A DNA stretch of 62,000 bases from NCBI GenBank assembly GCA_035269015.1, contig DATFJU010000027.1, positions 1 through 62,000 on the forward strand, written 5' to 3'. The notes beneath the pieces were generated by a model. It ran no database searches, was not told the DNA's origin, and worked only from the letters and a program-made list of their open reading frames with translations. This document shows, piece after piece, positions 41,401-48,525 of the stretch (within the stretch, counting starts at the first letter, position 1; each line of letters starts with the position of its first letter). The translations under genes and the position numbers were made by a program. This DNA comes from Patescibacteria group bacterium (lineage in GTDB: Bacteria; Patescibacteriota; Patescibacteriia; Patescibacteriales; UBA12465).

Positions 41401-43497
41401 CAGGATAAAAGCAGTGTTTGGGAGCGTAAAGTTCATGACTTTATAGTTACTCGCTATGATAAAATAAAAATTCAAATATCTTCTGATGAAGTGGATGATA
41501 GTAAATATGTTTATGTTGATGATATTAATATTGAACCAGTTTTAAAGGTTGGTGGTAATTCTGAAGATAAGTTTGTATCTAAAACATGTCGATTATATCC
41601 AAAACAAGATAGTTTAAGTTGTATTAGTACTAATGAGAATGTTATTGCCAATGGTTGGCAGGGTTATTGTTTGCAAAAAGATCCTTATCATCCTGATATC
41701 TGTTTAATGTGGTATCCAGTAGATAGTATTAGTACTTTTACTAATAAAGATAGTGGCTATCAAGGTAAAACACCTTTATATTATTGTTCTCAAGCTGATG
41801 GTAACTTTGTTTTAACTGAGAAGAGAAAGCCTTTTTTACTTGAATCTATAGGTAATATGTGTGTTGATAAAGATATGCTTTATGGTGACTGTCAGCTTAC
41901 AGTGAGAAAAGTGCCAGACGATTGGTATGAATGTGATAATCCGTGGGGGTGTCCTAGAGTATATTTATCTGATGAGCTTCGAGAACATTATGTTGAATAT
42001 AGGTTCTATCTTGATGAAAGCTGGGATGGTTGCACTTTTTATCATGGCAAGAACAAAGCTCGCGCTTATAGTTATGCAATCCCTAAAGGAGTTGGTCAAG
42101 TAAAAATAAAAGCTCGTGGTGATTGGCGTACTTATGATATACCTGATAGTGATTCGTTTTATAATACCACTGTTTATCAAAGTGGTGATGCTAAAACCTA
42201 TACTTTTGAACCGACAACAGATAATAATGGTTGCGTTGGTGAGTATAATATTTATCATGATATCAAATTTGTAAATGGGGAAAGTTGGTATCCTTATAAT
42301 GGCCTTAAAGAAAGAGAAGATGAAAGAATTGATGATTCTATACCTTATGGTGGTGGTACTATCTCTGATGATAGAGATCCAATACTTAAGATTTATGATT
42401 ATGAAACTGATAAGTTTGTTTCATATGAAAAATATAATGTAAGATGTAAGACATTGGAAAAAGTGGTAAGTGATGATGGATCTAATAAGGCTTGGTCTGT
42501 TAGGTCTTCAAGTGATAGTGGGGAAGACTCTACTCCAGATTTTTTAAATACTTATTATAGCCCTATGTCTATGTGGCTTATTGATGGTTTAAATCAGTAT
42601 AATTTTAATAGAGAAGATCAACCTTTTGGTTCATCTTATTTATCAGATAATGCTTTTGCTGATGAGATTGTTTTTAAGAGTCGAGATAATAAGGATGATT
42701 TTGATTCTTATGCTGGATTACCATATGGCTGTGAAGCTGATACTCCTCCTGGAAATATTGGTTGCATATCATTAGGTTTTTGTGAGGATCAACAACACTT
42801 GACTTGCCTTCTTCCTTCTGGGAATGAGAATGATGAAATAAAGAATAAAATGAATGTAAAACAATGTGGTAATAATGATAAATGTATTCCATATGTAAAA
42901 AAAAGGTATGGAGGATTCGCCGCACCTCTTCCAGATGATGGTGATAAAATTTTAAAAAATATATTTTTAAAATCTTATTCATCTCACAAATACGATGCAA
43001 TTAATGATGCTTGGGTCCCAGATGGACCTTATGATTATAGTCCTACTGGAGAAGAAGATACAATTCCTTTCTGTGGCGAAGAAAGAGCTGAAGCAGAGTT
43101 TTGTTATATTTTTCCACAAATTAAAAATATAGGTTTATATAAAGCTGGGCAGGAAATGGATTTTAATGAAAGCTCTTCTTCTTTTATCATCTATGAACCT
43201 GGAAATTATGATTTAAAGTTTAACTCTATTATTGATAAAGAGCAGTTACCACTTTATGAAATTGTAATTGATTGGGGAGATGACAGTGTCCAAACTATTA
43301 CTGATCAGGATTATAGACCAAACGAAGAACAACCTCATATTGTCAGTCATATTTATACAGGAATTGAAGGTGAGACAGAAAGAGAAATTAAAATACTCAT
43401 TAAAGATAATTGGGGTTTCACTAGATGTTGTAGAAATGATGATGATTGTAGTTATATGCAAGAACGTATTCCGCCTCAATGTCCAGTAAGGAATTAA
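35479..43497 (+). CDS. Giant (2672 aa) secreted cysteine-rich surface protein
   Basis: An uninterrupted 8-kb ORF. Signal peptide (KKLIILFFVLFFVLSGVLNFQTETKAQ), about 100 Cys, ten C-x6-C motifs, three CBM4/9-like segments, and a C-terminal PKD-like segment (IDWGDDS...HIY). Details are in the findings. Confidence 0.9.
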   Translation: MFKHKKKTKKLIILFFVLFFVLSGVLNFQTETKAQVVVVESVPEKTTNILDKIKSILKKLWDNAGQELFNTVATNTLNRLAYDAADVILSGDSGQKPMFIDKNMGEYFVDIGDAAAGDFLDGLNDLGDMNLCEPNLAIKASIGLGLVDTKRPAEPSCKASDMVKSWEDEFQKFKDMSEMSNKELLGKVVGSFNPTSSDLSVTASLFQGMEEKEASEIKKAEQEQDATDGKFIDSTSPGGQITKVPGTDQRSFENAQKKMTDNVDACDGDNLFACAGNVFINHLALNAFNRALDYSFSPDEQDPLADSDPYDLSDPDSDPSVVYQKDQPTLRRILEPNFNERVDYNILSKLSVCPQANIGGQDFVPAPNNCVIDDQFSLAITEQKTVGEALNEGYLHKDWRFKGLNENVAYNEAYSYRSILILKKYRIVPAGWEEAIYRVSDSKNQSATLQDLVSCFSPDDEYNTFSQGFKPKGWCRGLIDPKWVLKLPSHYCAKEGYGHIIQKEVTYGQGVEDKDDYIASDIFVTRSDEYCADEQSCIKENSNGTCEVYGYCNEEKRTWNFNQDSCDPVFNTCETFKNVDNGKSISYLKNTLDYSGCTSDSAGCSFYSYNGPYNVDNDKVTWKSYNDIYLNNNAESCAESDEGCSQMIRVQAAYGHNFIKNGGFEEIDFDFNSWTSCSSPACLVDDSYSGDQALEVNNESLSVEVGPQTYNISGKTYTFSFYAKDCTSGDDFGFVGGKYNVLDDSEEWQYYRLSNTYFANQTLGNTVGLEINSNTCLIDDVKLELGNIGTKYSDYGDNNVIYQKMLPEYLWSDCYENPDSGNLDFSLKEDAPDVCSDSFSRLCNADEAGCNIYTNVKDREDQVVAQVSTQDYCPGECNNYDLYIGAKDYFNSTQGAKFIPETANTCSAADIGCIEFTNLDVLNSGGEAKEYYTSLKQCIKPSENDCTAFYVWQGSNDGSYQLESYTLEKAEYTNEPAVVENDTSLCNEDIYNLPITDPNYNSDCYQFYNTEGEVSYHLYSKTITCSEDCHPYRMSKRNIDSNINTASVCNSLGDSSYWENNTNSCYYCENGGTWSQEYDSCVYQAIPGQGESCSQEANGCREYNGNSGNNIRIVKTFDFANSLQGWEGRCGDAAELSTVALGRNDQSLWYKQGGGSESCSQEDNNEPRAEVVLGSYNLNSGSAYSLKFMAKVDTATDLNIYFENDNSQKSYFEITGAEDSSSVTLQGDSAWHQYELSLSSLDHILSGNEALVVESDTSFYLDNIILREIVDKYYLIEDSWETPNSCYYDTLNEYKGVDYNLGCSEYSNNLDQFVFLRSFSSLCQESAIGCQLMVDTYDTKDYKKSVYNDDNDNGACDENENDCVSINADEYVFAVYNANNTCSSDFKSCQRLGKSVNYGDQVLFSDVYLKNDPDKYSTILCSEDTANCEAWVSGAGERFYFKNPSDKICEWKEGDEGEWNWYKKSINKCDENSNGIAEEYENVCVSSDDCLIPSQLMDGENSCLSDDDCPDSNSCNDGYCVYECVEQEENFPCPVDSNKTIGFGGGGNQVNQPTDDWVGICEKNASTCSEYIDPVSDYAINSLSNPRFLDLNEDGSYGDEWNIENNNAYQSVYLVANRAYVFAVNNLNVDSVEPYIECDSKINVLDSDNEFFEANENRINLDSSIDNRYRIIVSSTDQFCRLHRDTDEYLENEPELIFKEAIIDYQLSKNLDTDSCNGKVDIEKGCVLFNERSQNTSAGLSSLIYNAYDSYISDSKSPQSVNNGENSLNANTLIKVDPNRVCNTWLACRTKVVDENGDITCYDVGDCDALDKDGECANFLPNSNAINTFDTVRDKNSSGYSVLNKYNVSNMSESGSTPQSSSFDFEGGDASNVWSDDAGDGNIAIIVDEPAPSDSDKQFNASYPAEGKAFLKSKADREVKSPIIDIQRNQQYYINYLLNTNNLTFGTEAEVSIIGVISENEDGVGEEGDVIVSWQDKSSVWERKVHDFIVTRYDKIKIQISSDEVDDSKYVYVDDINIEPVLKVGGNSEDKFVSKTCRLYPKQDSLSCISTNENVIANGWQGYCLQKDPYHPDICLMWYPVDSISTFTNKDSGYQGKTPLYYCSQADGNFVLTEKRKPFLLESIGNMCVDKDMLYGDCQLTVRKVPDDWYECDNPWGCPRVYLSDELREHYVEYRFYLDESWDGCTFYHGKNKARAYSYAIPKGVGQVKIKARGDWRTYDIPDSDSFYNTTVYQSGDAKTYTFEPTTDNNGCVGEYNIYHDIKFVNGESWYPYNGLKEREDERIDDSIPYGGGTISDDRDPILKIYDYETDKFVSYEKYNVRCKTLEKVVSDDGSNKAWSVRSSSDSGEDSTPDFLNTYYSPMSMWLIDGLNQYNFNREDQPFGSSYLSDNAFADEIVFKSRDNKDDFDSYAGLPYGCEADTPPGNIGCISLGFCEDQQHLTCLLPSGNENDEIKNKMNVKQCGNNDKCIPYVKKRYGGFAAPLPDDGDKILKNIFLKSYSSHKYDAINDAWVPDGPYDYSPTGEEDTIPFCGEERAEAEFCYIFPQIKNIGLYKAGQEMDFNESSSSFIIYEPGNYDLKFNSIIDKEQLPLYEIVIDWGDDSVQTITDQDYRPNEEQPHIVSHIYTGIEGETEREIKILIKDNWGFTRCCRNDDDCSYMQERIPPQCPVRN

Positions 43498-43548
43498 TTC
43501 TTAATTATAGTTATTTTTCTTTATTTTATAACAAAACAACTTATTAGC

Positions 43549-43577
43549 TTGACATAATACGATATATTTGATATTAT
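43549..43577 (+). promoter_or_regulatory. Consensus-like sigma70 promoter of the lipoprotein gene
   Basis: TTGACA (43549..43554), a 17-nt spacer, then TATTAT (43572..43577). Confidence 0.6.
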
Positions 43578-43602
43578 ATATTTAAGTTATTTACAATTAA
43601 AA

Positions 43603-43610
43603 AAAGGAGG
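43603..43610 (+). promoter_or_regulatory. Canonical Shine-Dalgarno (AAAGGAGG), 7 nt before the ATG at 43618
   Basis: The only strong SD I found before any start codon in the window. Confidence 0.75.
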
Positions 43611-43617
43611 AAAAAAG

Positions 43618-44037
43618 ATGAAAAACTTAGTTTTCTTATTAGTAATAGTAGCTTCTAGCTTAATTTTGTTTTCTTGTGAAAAGGATGAACCAAATCCTGA
43701 ACCAGATTATACCTATATTTGTTACCGGATAATAGTTCATGCAAACTTAGAGGTGTATAATGCTTGTAATTATACTGTAAGTGATATATATCCAGCTGAC
43801 GAGTATACGCAGGATGATCCAATAATTTGGAATGATGATTTTGCAGGTTTTGAAGATATCTTTATTTTAGAAAAAGATGTTTACTTGGGACAAACCATGA
43901 CAGTTTCCTTTTATGTAGAGGATCTCGGTGGTTCTGCTTATTATGAAGATGAAAGACAAATACTTATTGAAGCTCCAGAAGGGTATGGCGGATTAGGTGA
44001 ATACATAGAAATTGTCTTTACAGTTCCTGATCCTTAA
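43618..44037 (+). CDS. Small acidic lipoprotein
   Basis: 139 aa. Signal peptide ending in the lipobox-like LILFSC. Acidic mature part. Has its own promoter, SD and terminator. Confidence 0.75.
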   Translation: MKNLVFLLVIVASSLILFSCEKDEPNPEPDYTYICYRIIVHANLEVYNACNYTVSDIYPADEYTQDDPIIWNDDFAGFEDIFILEKDVYLGQTMTVSFYVEDLGGSAYYEDERQILIEAPEGYGGLGEYIEIVFTVPDP

Positions 44038-44047
44038 AAGCTAAAAT

Positions 44048-44077
44048 AAAAGTCTGTGTTAAACAGGCTTTTTTTCT
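44048..44077 (+). terminator. Intrinsic terminator after the lipoprotein gene
   Basis: AAAGTCTGT-GTTAA-ACAGGCTTT (one G-U pair), followed by TTTTTT. Confidence 0.7.
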
Positions 44078-44130
44078 TTGCTTAAAAGTTTGAAATATAG
44101 TAAAATGTAAGTGAGGTAATAAATAAAAAA

Positions 44131-44838
44131 ATGGCTACAGAAACAGACACACAAACAGCAAGAATAGGAAGTAAAAGAGCGCAATTAAATAGGGAAAGAA
44201 GGGAAAATGCTAATGTGAGTAGAGTACCTGAAGGACAAATGGCTGGAGGTGGAGCTAATTTAACTTTTGATAATGCAATAAGGGGAGCTAGTGATAAAGA
44301 AGATAGTGATAAAAAACAAAATGAAAATAGTTTAGTAAGAGGTGGTGGTGACAGAAGTGCAGAAGCTGGTAATAAAGGTTTAAATTATAGACGAGTAATG
44401 GCGCAGGAGAAGAAAAAGCAAAAGAAGAAAGCTGATAAAAAAAAGAAAATGAGCCCTACTTATCAAGGTTCTAAAAAAGCTTTATCAATGGCTTGGAGAT
44501 CTTTAATACCTAGTTGGCTTACCACTATCTTTATCATTGATCTTTTTGCTTTTTTACATGTAGTATTTCCTAAGTTTTTTTGTTCTTTAGGAGAAGAGTG
44601 GGAATCACCAATGTCTGCTGTAGCAGGAGATAAAGAGGGCTCAAGCAATAAATCAGCTATGATGAAATCAGTTGAACCAATGATAGTTATTTTAATTAAT
44701 TTAGTTGTTTTAGGAGTTATTGCTGTAATTTTAGCTAGTTTAGCTTTAGTGGTAGAAGCAATTTCAGATCCTATAGGTTTTGTGGGTTCATTGATGGGAG
44801 ATTTATGGGAATCATTAAAAAGTGCTTTTGGAGGATAA
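44131..44838 (+). CDS. Hypothetical protein: basic disordered N-terminal half plus a two-TM C-terminal half
   Basis: 235 aa. K/R/G-rich N-terminus, two hydrophobic helices after residue ~120. First gene of the T4SS-like block. A shorter product from the internal ATG (MSPTYQG...) is possible. Confidence 0.55.
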   Translation: MATETDTQTARIGSKRAQLNRERRENANVSRVPEGQMAGGGANLTFDNAIRGASDKEDSDKKQNENSLVRGGGDRSAEAGNKGLNYRRVMAQEKKKQKKKADKKKKMSPTYQGSKKALSMAWRSLIPSWLTTIFIIDLFAFLHVVFPKFFCSLGEEWESPMSAVAGDKEGSSNKSAMMKSVEPMIVILINLVVLGVIAVILASLALVVEAISDPIGFVGSLMGDLWESLKSAFGG

Positions 44839-44841
44839 AAT

Positions 44842-47433
44842 ATGAAGAAAAATTTAAAAAAAGAATTTGCGATTATAACAGCTGTATCATTAGTGATAAC
44901 AGGAGTTTTTTTGTTTGTACATCCTTCTTTTGCTGGTTGGGGAGCTAAGCTGTTAACAGGTTTAATAGGAGCAATTATTTCTGGATTAGGCGTTGTTGTT
45001 GGTTTAGTGATTGAAGTTTTAATAAGGATAGCTCAATACAATGACTTTACCAACGCTAGAGCTATTGAAAAAGGTTGGCTTGTGGTTAGAGATTTAGCTA
45101 ACATGTTCTTTATTTTAGTATTTTTGATAATTGCTTTCGCTACTATATTAAGGGTAGAAAGCTATAATTATAAAAAACATTTGCCCAAGCTTCTTTTAAT
45201 GGCAGTGTTTATTAATTTTTCTAAAACTATTGCTGGTCTTATTATAGACTTCGGACAAGTGGCTATGATTACTTTTGTTAACGGTTTTAAAGATATTGGT
45301 GCTGGTAATTTAGTCCATATGTTAGGGTTAACAGAAATAATGCAAATGAAAGAAGGAGGAGAAGTAAATGATTGGACAATACTTTCAGCTTATCTTTTAG
45401 CTTTGTTATACATGATAGTTGCTTTAGTGACTATTGTGGCTATATTAGCGGTTTTAGTTATGAGAATGGTGATGTTGTGGATATATGTAGTTTTATCACC
45501 TTTAGCTTTTCTGTTAGCAGCTTTTCCTGGTGGTAAGAAATATTCTTCTATGTGGTGGTCTAATTTTTCTAAAGAAGTTATTGTTGGTCCAGTTTTAGCT
45601 TTCTTTATTTGGCTATCCTTTGTTACCGTTAGTATTACTACTGGAGGTAATGAAATTATCCCAATGGATACAATCACTGATGACATGACTAAAGAACAAA
45701 TAGAGGAAATACAGAATACTAATTCTCAAATTAGTAAAGCAGCTACTTCAGATGTCTTTATTAAATTCATCATCTCTATTGGTATGTTGGTTGGTGGTTT
45801 AGTGGTTAGTAAGCAAATTGGAGCTACTGCTGGTAGTGCTGCAGGTACTGCTTTAAATACTTTAAATTCAGGAAAGAGTAAAGTGCTTGGTGCTGGTAGA
45901 GCTGCGCTTAGAGGTGGAGTGAGAAGAGCTGGAAGAGGTTTAAAAACTATGGGAAGCAACGCTCTTGATCGTACTAGTGAAAAAGTGGGTATGGATTTGA
46001 ATGTAGGTAGAGTTAGTAAGAGGTGGAAAGCTCAAAGACAGCAAAGTAGAACAGATAGACAATCAAGAATTTATCAAAAATCTCTAAAAAATGCTAGTAG
46101 TGGTGGTGTTAGAGGTGGTTTAGCTATGCTGTCAACTGGTGATAAAGCTCGCAAGTATCTAGGAAAAGGACAATTTTTTAAAGCTGTGGGAAGTGAAAAT
46201 AAGATAAATAAAAGAAAAGAAAGATTAAATAAGAAAAGTGAAAAGATATCTACGATGAAAGAGGAGAGAGGAAAGTATATGAGTAATAATGAACATGAAG
46301 AGAATGTAAATAAAAAAACTGGTTTAGAAAATAGAAATAAAGAGATAGATAATAAATTAAAAGAAAAGAAAAATTCATTATCAAGTGGTAATTTAAATGA
46401 CGAGCAAGAGAAGGCTGTAAAACAAGAAATACAGTCTTTAGAAAATGAGAAAAAACAAAATAGTGATTTGTCTAATAATATTGATAATAAACTAAAGAGT
46501 GTTAATGTTGATGATAAAAAAGCTTCACAAATTGATAATAAGATTGAAAGTTTGAAAAAAGAGAAAGAGGGTATATCTGATAATATTGGTAGTCTTAAGG
46601 CTAGTAAAGTTTCTATGGCAGGTGCTCAAGCTTCGGCTGATGCGGAGGTTGAGGCTGTGGCTAGTAAGGATATTGCTCATACACAAGATAGTGATGATTT
46701 AGTTGCTGTGATAAAAGATGCCATAGATAAGAAGGATAAGAATATGGCTAAAGCTGCTTATAAAAAATTAGCAAAAACTGGTAATTCTGATAAATTAAAT
46801 CAAGCTCTTAATTTAGGGACCGATCATAAAGGTATGTCTAAATTAGCAAAAAAGCAATTTCAAGAAAAAGCTGGTATGTCAGAGCAGGAATCACTTAGTT
46901 TAATGGGTGAGGTTGAGGGTATTAATAAAGGTTTGGGTAAGATGAGTGGTTTTGGTCATGTGACCATGGAAGATGGTAATTGGAGAGAATCATCTAAAGA
47001 TGAGAGGGATGCTGCAGCTTATACAGAGGCAAGTAAAATTAATCCTAGAAAACTAGCTCTTCAGGCGGATAGTTCAACCATAGGTTCATATAAAGATGGG
47101 GCTGAACATACTTCTGAAAATTTTCAGTTAAATAAAGATTTTATAGCTTTAGTATCTAATAATGATCCGCAATATGCTAAAGAAATTGAAAAAAATAATA
47201 ACCCTGATTTAATTAACAATCTAGCTACTACTAATAATATAAAAATATTAAAAGAAAATGGAGCTGTAGAATTAGCGAAAGTTTTAGAGAAAAAACTTGA
47301 TAAAAGTTTTGGTGATTCAGAAGATAGCGTTAAAAAAATGCTAAAAAATCTTAATTTAGATACTAATTCAGGAGGTGATTCAAGTTCAGAATCTTCTGAA
47401 GATGATGATAAAAAAGCTGAAGAAAACAATTAA
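44842..47433 (+). CDS. Polytopic VirB6/TrbL-like membrane protein with a ~500-aa coiled-coil/low-complexity extension
   Basis: The first ~330 aa contain 6-8 TM helices, with a GW..VRD.ANMFFI motif region like VirB6/TrbL-type proteins found beside CPR pilins. The remainder is K/E/N-rich predicted coiled coil. Confidence 0.5.
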   Translation: MKKNLKKEFAIITAVSLVITGVFLFVHPSFAGWGAKLLTGLIGAIISGLGVVVGLVIEVLIRIAQYNDFTNARAIEKGWLVVRDLANMFFILVFLIIAFATILRVESYNYKKHLPKLLLMAVFINFSKTIAGLIIDFGQVAMITFVNGFKDIGAGNLVHMLGLTEIMQMKEGGEVNDWTILSAYLLALLYMIVALVTIVAILAVLVMRMVMLWIYVVLSPLAFLLAAFPGGKKYSSMWWSNFSKEVIVGPVLAFFIWLSFVTVSITTGGNEIIPMDTITDDMTKEQIEEIQNTNSQISKAATSDVFIKFIISIGMLVGGLVVSKQIGATAGSAAGTALNTLNSGKSKVLGAGRAALRGGVRRAGRGLKTMGSNALDRTSEKVGMDLNVGRVSKRWKAQRQQSRTDRQSRIYQKSLKNASSGGVRGGLAMLSTGDKARKYLGKGQFFKAVGSENKINKRKERLNKKSEKISTMKEERGKYMSNNEHEENVNKKTGLENRNKEIDNKLKEKKNSLSSGNLNDEQEKAVKQEIQSLENEKKQNSDLSNNIDNKLKSVNVDDKKASQIDNKIESLKKEKEGISDNIGSLKASKVSMAGAQASADAEVEAVASKDIAHTQDSDDLVAVIKDAIDKKDKNMAKAAYKKLAKTGNSDKLNQALNLGTDHKGMSKLAKKQFQEKAGMSEQESLSLMGEVEGINKGLGKMSGFGHVTMEDGNWRESSKDERDAAAYTEASKINPRKLALQADSSTIGSYKDGAEHTSENFQLNKDFIALVSNNDPQYAKEIEKNNNPDLINNLATTNNIKILKENGAVELAKVLEKKLDKSFGDSEDSVKKMLKNLNLDTNSGGDSSSESSEDDDKKAEENN

Positions 47434-47435
47434 TT

Positions 47436-48425
47436 ATGAATAATTTATTTCAAGAAAAACTTAAAAAAATAGATGATATAATTAAAGTTTTAGCTCAGAC
47501 TAATAATTTTAAGGATGCTTATGTTTTGTATAAAAAGATTAAAACTTTTTTAGATGATAATAAAGTTTTAAAAGAAAAGGATTATATAAATTATAGACGA
47601 TTTGAGAGAAATTTATTTAAAGCTCAATTTTTGTGTTTAAATTACTTTGATGATTGGCAAGAGATTTCTAGTTTGATTAAAAATCATCTTGATTTAGCTT
47701 TTGAAATGCCAGGATATGATTTTTGGTCAAAACTTAAAGTAAATTTACAATATATTTTTGATTGGTCAGAAAGAGATGAGATAAAAGAAATGTTGGTAAA
47801 GAATATTAGAGATTGTAATAGAAAAATAATTAATGAAGATGATTATAATGTTCAAGTTATAACTAAAGTATCTAATTGGATAAAAGACTTTATTTCTAAT
47901 ATTGATTTTGAAGGCAATATGAATCCTGTAAAGAAAGCGGAATATATTAATAACAATAAAAACATAAAGTTTTTAAAGACAGAAGATAAGCAAAAAGTGA
48001 CAGCACTTTTAAATTTGTATGAAGCTTTGAATTTATCATCTCAAGCAAAAAATGGCTTTGAGGAAACTGTATTTATGGTTGTAGATGGTAAAAAAATTAT
48101 ATTAAATAGAAATGGTATAGATGATGTAGATATTAATCTTAAAAAGATTAAAAATGTTAAAGCTTATCAAAATGAACAAGAGGATGAGCAATTTAAAGAT
48201 GAGGATAGGAGTATAGAAGAGAGTAATAATGAAGAAGGTAGTAATGAAAGCATTAAAGATGTAAGTGAAGGTGAGGATTCAGATAATAATTACAGCTCTG
48301 ATGTGCAAGAAAAAATCCTGGTTTTAAAGGGTATGCTTTCTGAATATGATCAAGATAGTTTAGAAGCTAAAGCTTTACAAGAAGAGATTGATAGATTAGA
48401 TAAAATCAATGTTAAACAAGGATAG
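47436..48425 (+). CDS. Hypothetical soluble protein with an acidic C-terminus
   Basis: 329-aa ORF starting 2 nt after the previous stop. No TM segment and no recognisable motif. Confidence 0.6.
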   Translation: MNNLFQEKLKKIDDIIKVLAQTNNFKDAYVLYKKIKTFLDDNKVLKEKDYINYRRFERNLFKAQFLCLNYFDDWQEISSLIKNHLDLAFEMPGYDFWSKLKVNLQYIFDWSERDEIKEMLVKNIRDCNRKIINEDDYNVQVITKVSNWIKDFISNIDFEGNMNPVKKAEYINNNKNIKFLKTEDKQKVTALLNLYEALNLSSQAKNGFEETVFMVVDGKKIILNRNGIDDVDINLKKIKNVKAYQNEQEDEQFKDEDRSIEESNNEEGSNESIKDVSEGEDSDNNYSSDVQEKILVLKGMLSEYDQDSLEAKALQEEIDRLDKINVKQG

Positions 48426-48461
48426 TAAGGTTTTGTGTTGTAATAATTTTAGCCCGATAAA

Positions 48462-48494
48462 AGAGAGTTATTTTAAAATACTCTCTATTTTTTA
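48462..48494 (+). terminator. Intrinsic terminator ending the first T4SS-like transcription unit
   Basis: Stem AGAGAGT/ACTCTCT, an 11-nt loop, then ATTTTTT. Confidence 0.6.
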
Positions 48495-48525
48495 TCTTTA
48501 TAATTTTTATTATAAACGTCTCTGT

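Noticed and set aside
35721-43489. Nine short ORFs embedded in the giant gene on either strand (for example 36091..36324, 36943..37167, 38681..38902, 41965..42258, 42674..43000, 43246..43479).
   Set aside because: They are all nested within one continuous 8-kb reading frame with coherent domain content. Their products are I/F/T-rich nonsense typical of off-frame AT-rich DNA.
35479-44037. A diversity-generating retroelement targeting the giant protein, since DGRs are common in CPR.
   Set aside because: The window has no reverse transcriptase gene. I could find no template-repeat/variable-repeat pair near the 3' end of the gene. The rnhA at 24159 is a stand-alone RNase HI.
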